Shown here piece after piece: positions 1 through 14,219 of a DNA stretch of 64,000 nucleotides (position 1 is the stretch's first letter; each line of letters opens with the position of its first letter). The stretch is from assembly GCA_039621445.1 (NCBI GenBank), contig CP154954.1, positions 19,144,642 to 19,208,641 on the forward strand, given 5' to 3'. Position numbers and translations under genes: made by a program. Source of the DNA: Euglena gracilis (Eukaryota). The notes under the pieces are model-generated. The model made no database searches, was not told where the DNA came from, and saw nothing but the letters and a program-made list of their open reading frames with translations.

Positions 1-609
1 GGTAACCAGCCTCCGCAGAGGCTCCGCGAGGCTAAGGGAACCGCGGAGGCTCAAGATAACCAGCTTCTGCAGATGACATGGCGTAAACAGCAAACAGGCA
101 AACGGTAAAAGCAAATTCAGGTGGACATGGCGTTCATGTGGAATGGGTAAATGGGTTCGAACAAGTTTGGCAGACATGGCATAAATGGCAAATGGGTGAA
201 CGGTCTGTACCACATCAACGGATATGGCTTTTGTGGCAAATGGGGGGATGGGGGCATGCGAGTGGGAAAAAAGTTTTGCCTTTTCTGGCGATGTGGGCGG
301 CGTTGGAGTCAAAAAAAACTGAGTTTTTTTAGGGAATATATGGCAAGAATGGGAAAAAATGTGTTTTGTTTTTGACACAAAAAGGAGAACGGCCCGACTC
401 ATGAACAGCTTGTGACCAAGGCTTATGTTTGGCATCGCCAAAATTTGTAAGAATGTAATAAATATAAACGTGCATTAATTATCAGAGTGTATTAAATATG
501 AACGTGAGGCACAAAGTTTCAGGCATTGCAAAAAAAAAAACATGCAAAACCTTATTGGCCTGAAAATCAACCAAGTTGGTTGAAAAAAAGAGACACACCA
601 CCGCTGGGG

Positions 610-3600
610 GCGATCATATAACCGTTCGGCTGACGGAAAAAGAGCACCAGGCGGTCCTCAGCAGGCACCTCCAGCCACGCTAACCCCCCCCCCCAAATAA
701 TACCCGCCCCCCAGATAATACCCCCCCCCTCGGGGTCCGACTTCGGCAACCGAATTAATACCCCCACTCTACTTTCGGGCCGGCGACCCAGATTTTGGAA
801 AATGTAGGCAAAAATCACAATCTCTGACAACAAATTACGAAAAATATCGATTTTTCTGGATCATCTGGCCTCCAAAAATGCTAAATTGAATGAGAAAATA
901 CAAAAAAAAAGACCCCAAAGGGGGGTTTTGAGTGCAACTTTGGGTCCCACAGGACTTCCAAAAATTTCGAAGATTTGGGGTGCTATCACCCCCCAAATAA
1001 TACCCCCCCCCCCTCGGGCCGGGACTTCGGGCGAAAAAATAAATATCCCGGGGGTATTATTTAGGGGGGTTTGGGGGGTTTTACCTGAGGGATAGCATTT
1101 TCGGTTGTAAAGGGTGTGCATTGGACGGTGATCACCAACGCCTCGGCTTGCAAATAATTCTCGTTGCCAACCCCGGAGGGGGGGTGGAGGGGGTTCCTTG
1201 TGCTATGGGGTGCCTGCCCATAGCAGGGGTCGGTTTCGGCCCCTCGTGCCTGCCGACAAAGCCAATTTTTACTTGAAAAGGGCCGTTTTTGGGCCCCGGT
1301 GGCTTCGGCGCCGGGAGGTGTGTGCTATTTATAGCACACCTACCCACCCAAAACCTGACCCGAAAATGCCCGACCCCGCTGCCTGCCGATAACACCCGCC
1401 CTGGGGCTCTGGGGGTGGAACCTTCCTTGAGGAGGGTCAGTGATCTCACCAGGGAGAGAGACATATACTGGGGAGAGGGGAGTTGACATTTTTCCCATTC
1501 ACACAAACGGACATTAAGGGTCTGGCCCAGGGTTCGATATAACGGCAGGTGGGGGGTGGTCCAGATCCCCCCATTCGAGTGCAGGGTTCGATATAAAGAG
1601 GGCGCACGGGGTTTAGGTGGAGGGTGCCCCCCCCCCCCCTCCTGGACCAGGGATCCGGACCCCCCCCCCCCCTACTTGCCAGGGGGGTCCGGACCGATGG
1701 GGGTACCTGGAACTGCCCCAAAAGGTCCTTTTTCCTTCCGGCAGTTTGCGCCGGATTTTTTTTGCATTTCTGACAAATGTTTGCTCCAAAAGTCCGAAAA
1801 TGGCACTTTTGGCCGTTTAGGGGTGTCAAAAATTTTGGCCTGAGACTTTCTGGGCCGAAAATTATCACCCGTGTCCCCCCTGGGCACGGGGGAATGGCGG
1901 GGCCTCCCGGGGAGGCCTGGCCCTTGGGGAACCCGTCCAGCTGGCCCCGCAGCTCGTCGCTGATGGTCGCCGCTGAAATGGAGATGGCCAGCTGGACCGC
2001 CGACCCGTTCTGGGCCAGGAGTTGGGTCCCAGGGGCACCCTCCGCCCGTCACCGGTGGGGCGGGGTAGGCCGTCACCTTGAATGAGCGGCCATGGCACAC
2101 AGAAATGAAAATCCGACACTGGGGATTTGGTTCGAGGACCATATGTGACCCCCAGAAGCCTGGGCAGCATCAGTGGGGTGTAATCCTGTTGCCTCTGAGA
2201 AAAATTTTGCTCCTCTTCATGCAATGCGTGGATGAGTGTTTTCCCCAGCCGCTCACACTTCTATCACTCCCCAGGGTGGAACCACCACCTTTGGTGAAGA
2301 AAAACGACCGAGGCTTCAGGGGTTATTCAGTGGAAAGACTTCCAAAATCTTCCAAGTTGTTCTGGTTCATGGGTGAAATGCCGTTTTATTGTTATCATGC
2401 CAGAACTTCGGCCAATGTTTTTTTTTGGGAAAATCACCAAATTTCGCACAAAAAAAAGTAGATGTATAATGAATACAGCACGAAGACACACACAGAGCAA
2501 CATAGAAACACATTCCTGCAAGATTTGGCTGAAAGAGAGGCCCTGTTCTGTGTCGAATAACTATCTCCACCTGCCCTGTGAAGCGGTTGAATGACAGCGT
2601 TGGCAGCCAGCCATTCACCCAGACGGTCAGTTTGTGAGAGGGCTTGCACACGTAACGCCAATGTGCTGCTGCATTAATGTGGAAACAAATGCTTGTGCAG
2701 GTCTTCCACTACAGGGGGATGCTCACACCGCAGTGCCGGCACTCTGTGGCACACACTACACGTGCACTGTGTGGCACTGTGCATGGCACTGCGCGGCACT
2801 AGATGAATGATATGGCACCCCAATAAACCACTCAGCTCTTCTTTTTTTTTTTAATAATGCAATACCATGATACCAGAAATCAATTGGCTTTATATTAAAA
2901 AGAATATTTATTAATAAAATATTTGACATGGTCTGATACGACGCAGTGCCACACAATGTCGTCACTGCGGGCCAGGCATCCCCCTGGTGGAACAGACAGT
3001 TATTCTTTTTTCTTCGGATGGACCTCTGATATTCCAAATGAAATGGGCTTGATCTGAATGATGAAATTTGGGACTTGATCAAGATTAGCTCAAGAGAGAG
3101 ACTTGACCCTTGCAACTGGAAAAGCCAGTGGAAAATGCCTGGAGAAGATTTCCCATGCCCGAGTCTGGGGTTGAACCCTGCTTTTGTAATCAACAGGCCA
3201 TTGCTTGAGGACCTCGAGGGGCGTCCACTGGCTAGCTATTTTTGTTAGACACTGGAATAAAGGGACTAGCCAGACCCCGGTGGGGGTGGGAGGGGGTGAC
3301 TGATTTTTTTCCCCTCTGGCGCTGCGCGCCGAGGTCGAAATGAGGTTTTTAATGCATTTTTGGCTGGTCTTGTTCAAAAAAGTCCCAAAATACCCCAAAA
3401 TGGGCATTTTTAGCCAATTTTGGGTTTAGAAAAAAAGTTTTGGTACTTCTCTTCGCTTCGTGCCAGTCACTGTAAATATTTTTTCCACTAGCTAGGTCAG
3501 GTAACAGACCCCCAGGGGGGTGTGCTATTTCTGTGACTTCCGCTGGTCAAAGATTAGGCCAGCTGCAGTCCAGCCCCCAGGGGGGGGGTATTGCGAACCC

Positions 3601-6600
3601 TTAAGCAATACACCGGCGATCAAAGAAATGCATTGAGAAAGGCGGAGTGGAATCCCTCGTGGTAGCCAAGTGCAGGGCCTGCCGAAATAAGCCGCAGCTG
3701 TGGTCTGGCTGGAAATCAAATATTTCGGCTTCGACGTGACTTGATCCACCAGCGTTATGTTGGCGTGGGTCCGCTCTGGAAAAGCGACCTTGCTTCTTCA
3801 AACACACCGCAAAGTTTGATTTCAGGAGTCCCTTTCTTTTGTCTCGTTTTCTTTTTTGAAAACACAACGGCAGACAAGAGAATCCAGCAAAAAAAATGAA
3901 GGTGCCCTTGGTTGACAATTCCATGGGTTTGAAACTTCTTAATCAATTCAACAATCACCTGAGGCAACAACTTCCAGGGATGACCTTAGGCTGGAAGTGA
4001 AGAAGTGGTCAACTTGGTCGGCCCGCAATTTGCGAAAATGCATCTGCTTGAAAATAGCCAAACCCGGCACCGAAAACTTGGAAACCTTATTTTTGGCGTG
4101 GTTCGCCCAAAAGACTCTTCTGCAACTGCGTTTCTGCAACTGCGCAAACGGACAATTGATCGCACAAATGGTTCATTTGTGCAGTTGCGTTCGAGATCCG
4201 CTTGCACGTGCAATTACGCCTGTGCCATTGCACAACACCCACCAATGACACCTTCTGGGCTGCGGCCAGTTGGCCACTCTAGACTAATGTATGGGCTGGG
4301 ACAAAGTGCAAAGGGCAGAGGGACTTGCACTGGTTGAACTTTTTTCTTTTGAAGTCGCAAGAGTGGTGACTTTTGAAGCAAGAGCTCAGTGGACGCACAG
4401 TTCAAACATTGTCTTAGAGGGTTGAAGCATTCGGATTGTTGCATACAAAACGCCACCACTGACTGACTGCCACTGACTGTCGAGTTTTTTTGGGGGGGTC
4501 TAAGAAACTCCAATTGTAGCCAAAATAAAGTGCTTCCTTCTTTGACTGAAAGATTGCGCGCATTTTTCAAGCCACATTTATAAAAAAATAAACACCATTC
4601 ACTTTATTTTGGTGGTTCAGGGTTAAAAAGTTTTTAACAGGATCACCTGTCGATGCACAATTTGCGTCTGGTCTGCTTGTCATAATTTCAACTTCAAATT
4701 TCATTGTGCTGAAATATTCGCACCACGCCATCACTTAACCGGTGTGCACCCCATCCTCCTGGAGGGGAAGGGCAGCAAACCAGCAACCCCTGGGATGGGC
4801 GGTTTGACAGACAACAGCTTTTCTCTTTTGGATGTGCAACAATGGGCCAAAAACGGGTCACAAAAAGGCTGAACAGGGGTAATTTCAGATTGAAAAATCG
4901 ATTTTTTTTTGCATACTTGGCAGTTTTGTAATTTTTGTTTTGGTCCCAGTCCTTACCCATCTTTTCCCGTGCTGAGACAAGGCGAGGGAGAGAAAGTGAG
5001 AGAAACACGCCACCATTGTGGAACGTCCAGCCGGCAGGGTCCAGTCAGCCGGCTGGAAACAAACAAACAAACAAAGGTGCTGGGAGGAATCCCCCGTTTG
5101 GGGGGTTTCAGATGGGGGGGGTCATTACGGTCATTACCCATCCACTCCAGTACCTGCATTCATCACATCCACTCCAGAAACGTCCATCAATTCCATCTAC
5201 CCCACCTGCATCCACCACGTCCATTCCAGTTCATCCATACATCCGTTCCAGTGTGTGCATTTTGATCATATCTCCCGGGCGTTGATCCACTTACGAAGGG
5301 CCAGGGTGTCACTAGCAATTCAAACCTGGATCCGAACCCCCCAAAATCAAAAAAGGAAATTTGCACAAATATTGCAGGACGATGTGATTACGGCTGAGGT
5401 GCGAGTTTGGCCGCCTAAGCGGATGTTGAATAGTGGGGTAGGGCGTGAATGCTTGATGACACAACATAAATTTGAGCTTTGATGACCCTGTTGAAGTAAA
5501 ATAATAGTTGTATCCAGAAACGAGCTGATCGGGCATCAGGGAAGACCCAGCCGACGGTGGACACCTGTTCATTGGCGGCAATCGCCAATGGGGTGCTGTA
5601 CAATGTGCGGGCGGGATTGGTCTTGTTGAGGATATCAATGTAGAGCGCCACCCACGTCACCCAGAAGGTGGGGAGGAAGGAATCGGGGGCAGGGGGAGCG
5701 ATCAATGAGTGAAATTCAGAGTGGCTGGACATTCTGCAGTTGGGGTGCGAGATGGGTTAGCCTTCTTTGCAGTTGGGGGTGATACATACAATTTTGCCCC
5801 GTATTACACACACTGTTTCTGCACGGAAATGCACCGAGTAAATATGCCGAGAAAAATGGATGGACGGATGGAAGGAAAGGTGATTTGTCTAAAAATGTGT
5901 TTCCCATATGATTAAAATATACCCCTTCCACAATGACAATCCCAAAATAATTTTCGTCAATTTTCAATAAGAATCTAAAAAATTAACCGTCCCCAAAAAA
6001 CCTGGGGAAAACTGAACAGGGGCTTTCTGAAAGCCCCCCCCCCCCCCGGAGGGGTGGTCCTGCGGGCCGGATGGAATGAGGTGCTGGCTGGAAAAAAAAA
6101 GGTGCTGGCTGGACCCCCCCCCCAGCAGGGTTCGGTGTAAGGGCAGATGGGGGGAATGGGTCGGACCCCCTCCCCCCTGCTCAAAAAAGGCCAAATCCAG
6201 CTGGGTTGGTTCTTCACAGGGCGGTCCTTAAGCAAAAAAAAAAATCCCGTCCCCATACACTTCAACCCAAAAATAAGGTAAAAAGGATTTTGGCTGGGGA
6301 AAATTTTTTTGAAAAATGAACCCAAAATACATGGTTTTTTTTGATGGAAAATCACATTTTTTCCCAAAAGAATCTCCAAAATTTTAGGGTTGAAAATTGT
6401 TCGTTTTTAGGAGGGGGTTCAAAAAATGCAGGTCAAAAAAATGGGACCAAATTTTGGGACATTCAAATTTTACTGACATTTTTCCCTTGGAAAGGATTTA
6501 GTGGTATGTTTGCTTCCAAATCTCTCAAAATCAAAATTTGAGAAATGTTGAAATTTTAGAATGTGTGGCAAAAAATGGGGTTGGTCATTTTCACCAATGG

Positions 6601-9600
6601 GAAAACGGGGGATTGGCTGAAAAAAAATTGAAATGAAACCCAAAATTTGGGGGGGAGGGAAATTGGGGTGAAAAATTTGAAAATGAAGCGAGAAAATGGT
6701 TTTTTTGATGGAAAATCACATTTTCAAAAAAATCTCCAAATTTTAGGGTAAATTGGGATTTAGGAGGGGTTGGAAAAAAATGCAGTCAAAAAAAATGGAC
6801 CAAATTAAATACTGACATTTTTCCTTGGAAATTTTGGATTTTCTCATTTTTTTTTTGCAAAAATCTCAAAATCAAAATTTTGAGAAATGTGATGGGGGAA
6901 AAATGGGGTTTGGTCATGGGAAAAATAAATGTTTTGGCTAAAAAAAAAAGGTGGGCTTACATGATTTTTGGTTTTTTTTTTTCAAAAAATTTTTGTGAAA
7001 TAAGATTTTAATAATTTTTAAATATTTTTTTTTTGTCAAATTTTTTTATTGGCATTTTTTTTTTTGCTTGAGGAAGAGTTTTAATGTGAAAAATTAAAGT
7101 TTTTGGTTTTTTTTTTGGTCATTTTTTTTTTTAGTTTTTCATACATGTTTTTTTTTAAAAAAACACTTTTTTTTAAAAAAACTGGTTTTTTTTAAAAAAA
7201 CATGGTTTTTTGTTTCAAAAAAAACAAGCAGTCAACCTTGGCAAGCACCTATGTATGGTCAAGCCCCAAAATTTCCCTATTTTAGGCCATTTTAGGCCAT
7301 TTAAGGCCATTTTAGGCCATTTTAGGCATTTGAGGCCATTTTAGCTATGGGTGCCTGCATATGGGTCCCAAAATGGGTCAAAAAAACACCCGGCGCCGAA
7401 GGCGCCAGAAAAAGTCCTGGTCCTTAAGGGGCGGTCCTTAACTAAAAAAAAAAAATCCCGTCCCTTATGGACCGCCCTGGTTCTTCAGGGCCGGGGGGGG
7501 GAGGGGGTAACCGGGACCCCCCCCAAAAGGTAAACCTTTTCCTTCCGGGGCTTCATGCCGAAATTTTTTGCATTATAAAATATAATCCTGCATAATCCGC
7601 ATCATCGAAAACAATTTTTAGTGTCAAAAATGATCCAAAACGAGCTCATCATGCAACCAGGCATTTTTGTTTTGGCCATTTTGGGGGGTAAAATTTTTTC
7701 GGTCACCCAAACCATGCCACCGTTTAGGTGGGGGGTCCCCCCCCACCCACCCAGGGTGGCGCGGGACCCCCCCCCCCCCCGGGCGGGGACCCCCCCCAAA
7801 ATCGGGCCCGTTAAAGGCAATTTTCAAAAATTTTCGGCGCAAAGCGCCGAAAAGGTAAACCCCCCCCCAAATAATACCCCCCCCCCCGGGGTATTATTTT
7901 TTCGCCCGAAGTCCCGGCCCGAGGGGGGGGGTATTATTTGGGGGGGGGGTATTATTTTTCCAAAAATTTCGAAATTTTCCGAAGTCCCGTAAAACCCAAA
8001 ATAGCACCCAAAACCGCCCTTTGGGGTCATTTTTTGCACTTTCTTGTGAAATTTACCATTTTTGGAGGTCAGATGAGCCAGAAAAATCCATTTTTTCCAT
8101 AATCTGTTGTCAGAAATTGTGATTTTTACCTACACTTTCAGGTCAAAAATCCGGGCCTTCGGCCCGAAACCAGGGGGGGGGTATTATTTTGGCGGCCGAA
8201 GTCGGACCCCAAGGGGGGGTTATTATTTGGGGGGGGTATTATTTGGGGGGGGTTTATACCCAGCGCCTCCAGCGCGGGACCCCCCCCCCCCCCGGGGGTC
8301 CGGCCCGGACCCACCCCCCCCTCCCTTGGGGGTCAGGTGACTTAAAAAGAAGCCTGGTCCCCCACTGGACCGGGGGGGGGGGTCCGACCCCCTCACCTGC
8401 CCTTATATCGAAGCCTGGGCTGGACGGACCAGCCGGCACCTCTTTTCCAGCCAGCACCTACCAACCGGGTCCGCAGCCCCCCCCTCCCCCCCCGCGGGGG
8501 GTCCTTGAAATAAAGCTTGGGCCAGCCCGGCTTCGCTGGGCGGAACCGAACATTTTTTCGCGCCGAGGATTTCTGGAAAAAAAAATGGCCAGGAATGGCA
8601 TTTTGGTATTTTTTGGGGGGGTTTAACCTTTGCAGGGGGGGGGGGGTGGTTCAGACCCCCCCTGCGGTCTAGGGGGGGGACCCCGCGCCTACCGGCGTTA
8701 AAACAAAACCCCTGAAGCTAAAACAAAGAAACCTCCTGTAGTGACCTCCACTCTAACGCACGCCCCACCCAAACTGTGGAAAGAAATGCTCAAAAATAAC
8801 ATATTTTTTTGTTTTTTTTCCACACTTTTGACTTCTGATATTCATTCGGCAATCTCTGCCCTGGGGGTGGGAATACGATGACGTGCGCTGGGGCCCACTT
8901 TGCCTGTTGTGGGCCACTTGGGGATTGGGATGCACCATTTTTTTTACCCCCATTTTATTTCGAGGTTTGGGTTCATCAGAAATGCAGAGTTGGGGTTCGG
9001 AGGTGCATTTGCATTTTTGGGCATTTTTGCCAAAATCAAGCCTCAATGTAGGCAGCATTTTTTTTCAACAGAGAATTGGCGTAATTTTAAGTCCCAGAGC
9101 AGAGATACGAGATTCATTTCCATTCTTCTTCGTGTGTTACATGGAATTTTCGACAATTTGTAATAGTTTTTTTTCACTCAAACAATTGCAACCTTGGACC
9201 ATTTTTTTTGATGAATATTTTGGAATCCTAATTTTTTTTTGGAATTTTGGGGATATTCTTTCAATAAATGGTAAAAAATTTATCCGTCAAACACCCCCCC
9301 CCCCGGATTGAGATCCTTGAACAACCAACCCAAAAAATAGACATCGGGAAATGACTGCCAACCACATGCTGGTGCTCGTTCCACTCACCCAAGTCTCTTC
9401 TTTTTTGGGTCCGTTGCTGGAAATTCTGGGGGGCAGGGCTTGTTTTGGGTGGGTGGGTGGGGGGGGTCTTTGAATTGATTTTTTAAAAATTTCTTAAAAT
9501 TTGGCAACCTTCCTGTGAGAGAATCCAAGAATAGGTCCAAAACACAAAATTCCTCACAATGAACAAATCTGTCCAGTTTTAGCACATTCAAAATAATACA

Positions 9601-11910
9601 AATCAAAAAAAATTGTCAAAAATCGCCCGTCCTTGGGGCATCTTGGGGGGTCTCAATTTTGGAATTTAAAAAAAAATCATTCAAAATCAGAAAAAAAATG
9701 GAGAAAAAACAGGTCTTAAACAGCATTGTTATTTTTTTAAGGCACCTTAAAAAAACTTTAAATGCCTTACAATGCCTTAAAAAGCCCAAACATTTGGGCT
9801 GGCAGATTTCTTTTTCGAACCAAGCAAAATCGAAAAGCGCAAAAATTCGGCAAAAACAAGTCAACTGCGGGAAGCAAAATGCCTTCTGGCATCGTTGGAA
9901 CATGGTCAATCCAACCCAAAATCCCAAAAAAATATGGTCTTTTTTTGGAAAATGCAAAATCAAAAACGTTGGCTGAATGCCAGGACAGCGCTTTGACCGC
10001 ACTGGCAAATGGCTCCTTAAAATGCCTTAAAATGCCTTAAAAAGCCTTCAAACATGCTTTAAAAATTCGGAAGAATTCGGAAGAATTCTTGCCTTAAAAA
10101 TAATCCCGGTCTTATAATTTGGGGGGTTGGGGTCATTGGCACCATGCAGGGGGTCCCTCAACCGTGCCACGGTTAGCAACATTTGCCCTCCCCCTGGCCA
10201 TCGTCCGGGTCCAACAGACCCCCAATCACCGACACCTGGGTGAAGAACGGGTGGCTCTGGGTGAGCACGAAGGTCTGGCCGAGGAACGGAGCCGCCGGCA
10301 TCCCGGCCCGTGTGGTGCGGTGGAGAGGGAAACACCGTGGACTAGAATGATGGCTGGATATCGGGGGGGGGTCAGGGCAGGACTTGAAGGCCTGCTGAGT
10401 GGGGGGCAGGCTTGTGCTTACCGACCGGGGGGAGGAGGGGGGGTGGGTGCTATAGGGTGCCTGCCCCTAGCAGGCACACCCCCCGGGGCGGGTCCGTGGG
10501 GGGACCCAGAAAATTTGCATTGAAAATGGCCTCTTCTGGGCCCCCCCACCACCACCCACCACCACCACCAGGCCCCCCCACCACTACCCATAGGTTTTTT
10601 CGGGGATTTGCACAGCCCTGGGGGGCACTGTTGGCAGATTGGCCTATGTCGAACTTTTCACTGGCGGCGACGAAAGTGATTGGTAAGAACCAGGGGTGGG
10701 AGCAGTTAAAAGGCTGGTGCTCAGGATGGGGTGGGTACCAAATCGCAACAATATAGTTGCCCCAATACAGAAGGTGCTGTGCCGCAGAAATAGCTTGGGT
10801 CTCCAGTACCGGCAATTTGCCCGGCGGCAGCATCTGCCGGGGGGTGGGGAGGAGTAACATCATTACAGCCAGGACACCGCCCGTGCTCTATTAGAGGGAC
10901 AGGGGGCTAGGTCTCCTGTGGGTGTTCACAACCTCGAGGATGATAAAAGAAGACGTTTTTTGGGGGGCTACGTTACAAAAACGACATAGATTCAGTGAAT
11001 GAATCTATTTCACTCACTGAAATGAGGAAGGAAATCATTCATCATTTCAGTGACGAATGGCTTCATTCATTCATCATGAAATGAAGAATTCCAATCGGCC
11101 AAAAAGCCCCGAAAAAAATCCAGCCAGGCCTTTGGCGGGGGGCAGAGCGATCCCCCAGAGGGGCGGGGACCTGAAACCCAAACAACCCAGTGACTAAGGC
11201 AGAACCCAAACACATGCCGAGACGCATGCACGGGTTGGGGCAGAAATGGGCAAGCCCAGCCGTTGAATATTGAACCAGGACGGTCGGAAGTCGGTTTTCA
11301 GGCACCGGAGCCACTTAGACAGCCGTGGTAGTGTGTGCGTCACAAATCCCAGTCCCAACCCCAGTTTTTTTTGGATTTTGGAACCCACTCGATGCCGGGC
11401 GGCCCTTTGGACCTCCCTTGGGAAACAGCGCCATAAATTTTTTCAAAAAATTAAAAAAAACCTTTAAAAGCCTTAAACAACGCTTTAAAACCCTGATTTT
11501 TTTTTGAGAAATTTCGCCTTAAACTAAATGATGCCAGTCCTCATTTAACAAAGATCCCAAGAAAATGGAGTTGCATTTGCTGCTTTGTGGGGAGTGGCCG
11601 GCCAAACTTTTTTTTTTACACCACTCAATCGGCGATGAAAGAAGAATGCTTTCCATTTGCACCTCAGACAGAGTTTTTCTTTTTAATGAAAACAGTGGCA
11701 ATTTAGCAATTGTCAAAAGAAAGAACAGCACGCACCAAGAGACACTTTTGGAGCGGAGGGCGGTCTTCTGGAAAAACAATGTCCTGGTCCTCCTAAAATG
11801 GCTCCATTTTCGATGCTGAACCTTTTTTTTGATTTGGGACTTCGGAGAAATCCTGTCTCAATTAGCGACAAGGCTGTGTGTGTGTATGTGCGCGCATGCG
11901 TGCGTGTTCA

Positions 11911-11964
<54 letters not shown>

Positions 11965-12590
11965 CGTGCGTGTGTGCGTGCGTGCGTGCGTGCGTGCGTG
12001 TAGAGTGGCACCTACGGTGCCTGGGCATACTCCAACACGCCACTCACCTGAGTCATCAAGACCAATGCATACATCTCCTTCTCGCCCTCCGTCACACGTG
12101 CATCAAACTTCTCAATGGCCTGTGTCACCCACGGATAGGAGTCATTGTACTTAAACTGCACAATGGGGGGCTATTATCCTGCTGGGTCACGAGTTTGATG
12201 GATTGGTTTGTGTGAAACTTTAATTGTCAAAATTTTCATCACGTCAATTAAAGTCACAGTCAAAGAAATTCCGAAAATTTTTGGCGAATCAATTCATATC
12301 ATTTCTTGGTTTCAATTCGGTCAAAATATACAAAACCCACCAGGGTGATATTTCAAATGAAGCATGAACTCTTTCAGAATTAACAAAAAAAGACATTTTC
12401 AGCTAACACCAATCTGGTCATGAGCAGCTGCTGGATGGTCTGGACCATGACATCCATGGAGTCCCCAGTGGTACCTCGCAGCAGGTCCACGGAGGACGTC
12501 ATGAGGTCCATGAACACCACCCAGATGATGACAGCCGGCACCAGCGACAGGGCGACTGTCGATGTCCGGCAAAGCCCCAGGAGCGCGCTC
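610..12590 (-). CDS. Gene C (partial, spliced): N-terminal TM helix plus extracellular sensor-like domain, probable receptor-type adenylate/guanylate cyclase
   Basis: Exons ~12590-12420 ([46 protein letters not shown]), 12126-12027 ([33 protein letters not shown]), 11292-~11263 ([10 protein letters not shown]), ~10289-10200 ([30 protein letters not shown]), 5684-5531 ([33 protein letters not shown]..), ~2622-2562 ([20 protein letters not shown]), 2010-1923 ([29 protein letters not shown]), 656-610 ([16 protein letters not shown]). Coding status is supported by in-frame stem-bounded introns. The cyclase label is recalled resemblance only; no catalytic domain lies in this window. Confidence 0.6.
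683..1088. mobile_element. MITE family 4, inverted copy
   Basis: Reverse complement matches 7853-8258 and 23291-23660 (GAAGTCCCGGCCCGAGGGG, GCCGAAGTCGGACCCC blocks). Confidence 0.7.
5685..10199 (-). other. 4.5-kb nonconventional intron of gene C
   Basis: GAT|GGC-CAGGGGGAG ... CTCCCCCTG-CCCCC|GAT; 9-bp perfect stem; phase 0 join. Confidence 0.8.
7853..8258. mobile_element. MITE family 4 (CCCCAAATAATACCCC / GGGGTATTATTTGGGG foldback type)
   Basis: Homologous copies at 683-1088 (inverted), 23291-23660 and 38735-40165 (interrupted); looser relatives at 32405-32810 and 46930-47190. Confidence 0.75.
11875..12001. repeat. (TG)n/(TGCG)n microsatellite
   Basis: Direct reading. Confidence 0.95.
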
Positions 12591-14219
12591 CAAAAAATAA
12601 AACCGGGAATGAAAATGCCAATAAAAAAACTGAATTATCATTAGAAATATAAAAAATAATAAATATAATAATAATAATAATAATAAATGAATAAAATAAT
12701 AACCATAAAAAAATGATAAATAAAATAAAAGAATAATAACTTCCAAAAAAAAAACTATGCTTTGTTCTGAAATACTGGGCACCACAGAAAATCTTGTTGA
12801 AGGGCAGAACTATTTAAATAAACTGGCATTCCTAGAAAAAGGAAAAAGTTGCAAAAAAAGAAGAATAAAAGCATTTTCGATGAGCCAGGAAAGAAAAAAT
12901 AATTGCAAAGATCAAGAGGCGTTTACCTTCCTTTAGTGTGGACAGTCCAGGCTCAATACAAACCTTGCCGGGGCACAAGGGTCAGCATGAATGTAAACGA
13001 GATATGAAACTCCATGGAAAGCCAGCCTGTGGGAAAACAGGACAGAGACAGGATTTCACTTTTCAGCAAAAAACAAAAAAAAACAAACAAAAAAACAAAA
13101 AAAATCAGTACAAAGAAAAAAATGTTCAGCCGTTCAAAGCATTGCTTCTTCGTCGTCTTGCACCCTTTCTTTTAAATCCCGGAATCGTTCACCAGGCAAA
13201 AACGTATGTTGCTTGGAGGGGTGCCTCATTCCAATGTGGAGCAAAACGAAAGGGAAACCCATTCTGCAGCCACCGTGACACTGTTGGACGCAGTGGGAAT
13301 CAACCAGAGTGCTTTCAATTTCAAATTAATTATGCAAATTGGATATGAACCACACACAACACAGATTTCGATATGCGCACGTACGACGTAGTAACACTTT
13401 GCTTCTGATCGCTTTGGTCGTGACACCAAAATTTACGGGAGAAAAAAATACGAGCACTCGAGCACGCAAGCAGGATTTCTGATAGAGAATAACAAACAAT
13501 GGTATCTCTGAGTTCATGATCCATGGTGCTTGGATTTCCTTTCCCTTTTCCTTTTCTTTTTGCCAAAACGGCTGAAACTGCAACAATCGCCGGTGGATTG
13601 GAAACCCAAGAAACTCATTGTTATCATCCGCAGGTTTTACAACAATCCCAAAAATATAGGTGCCACAGTGAATTGGGGTGAGCGTTGGCAGCGGCAGAAG
13701 GGACGGAACGAGCAGCATTTTCAAATCCAACGAGATAAACTCGGATAAATTGCACCAACGAGGTGGAGCGAACCTCCAAAGCAAGGCGCTGCTTAGAGAC
13801 CCTCTCAGGGGTATTTCACCTCAGAGACTGGAAATTTTGGGCAGCCTGGAAAAAGGGCAGATGGGGGGGTGAATTGGACCCTCCCTCCGTCACAGGGAGG
13901 GGGCAATCCTACCCATTTTGGACCCCTTTGCGGGTGAATAACTCGGGGCCAGGCGGGGAGTTGGGGGTCGAATGGAGGTGATTCGGAAACTAGAAATCCG
14001 ACTGACAAAAAAATTCTGGGAACGGAGCTGGGATCAGGGTGATAATCCGCCGGTTCCCGAGGTGCCCCGACCCGGGGGAGGGTGGGGAGGAGGAGAGGAG
14101 GGTGGGGAGAGTGGCGCGGTCTGGGTGACCGATTATCGTCCCAGCGAGAAGCACCGGACCAAAAAGTTTTACCCTCGAAGCGCCGGAAGGAAAAATTGAC
14201 CTTTTTGGGGGTTACCCAG

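Noticed and set aside
6600-7230. Degenerate second copy of ~6280-6600 grading into A/T homopolymers
   Set aside because: Looks like low-quality consensus or decayed low-complexity sequence; no structure can be supported.
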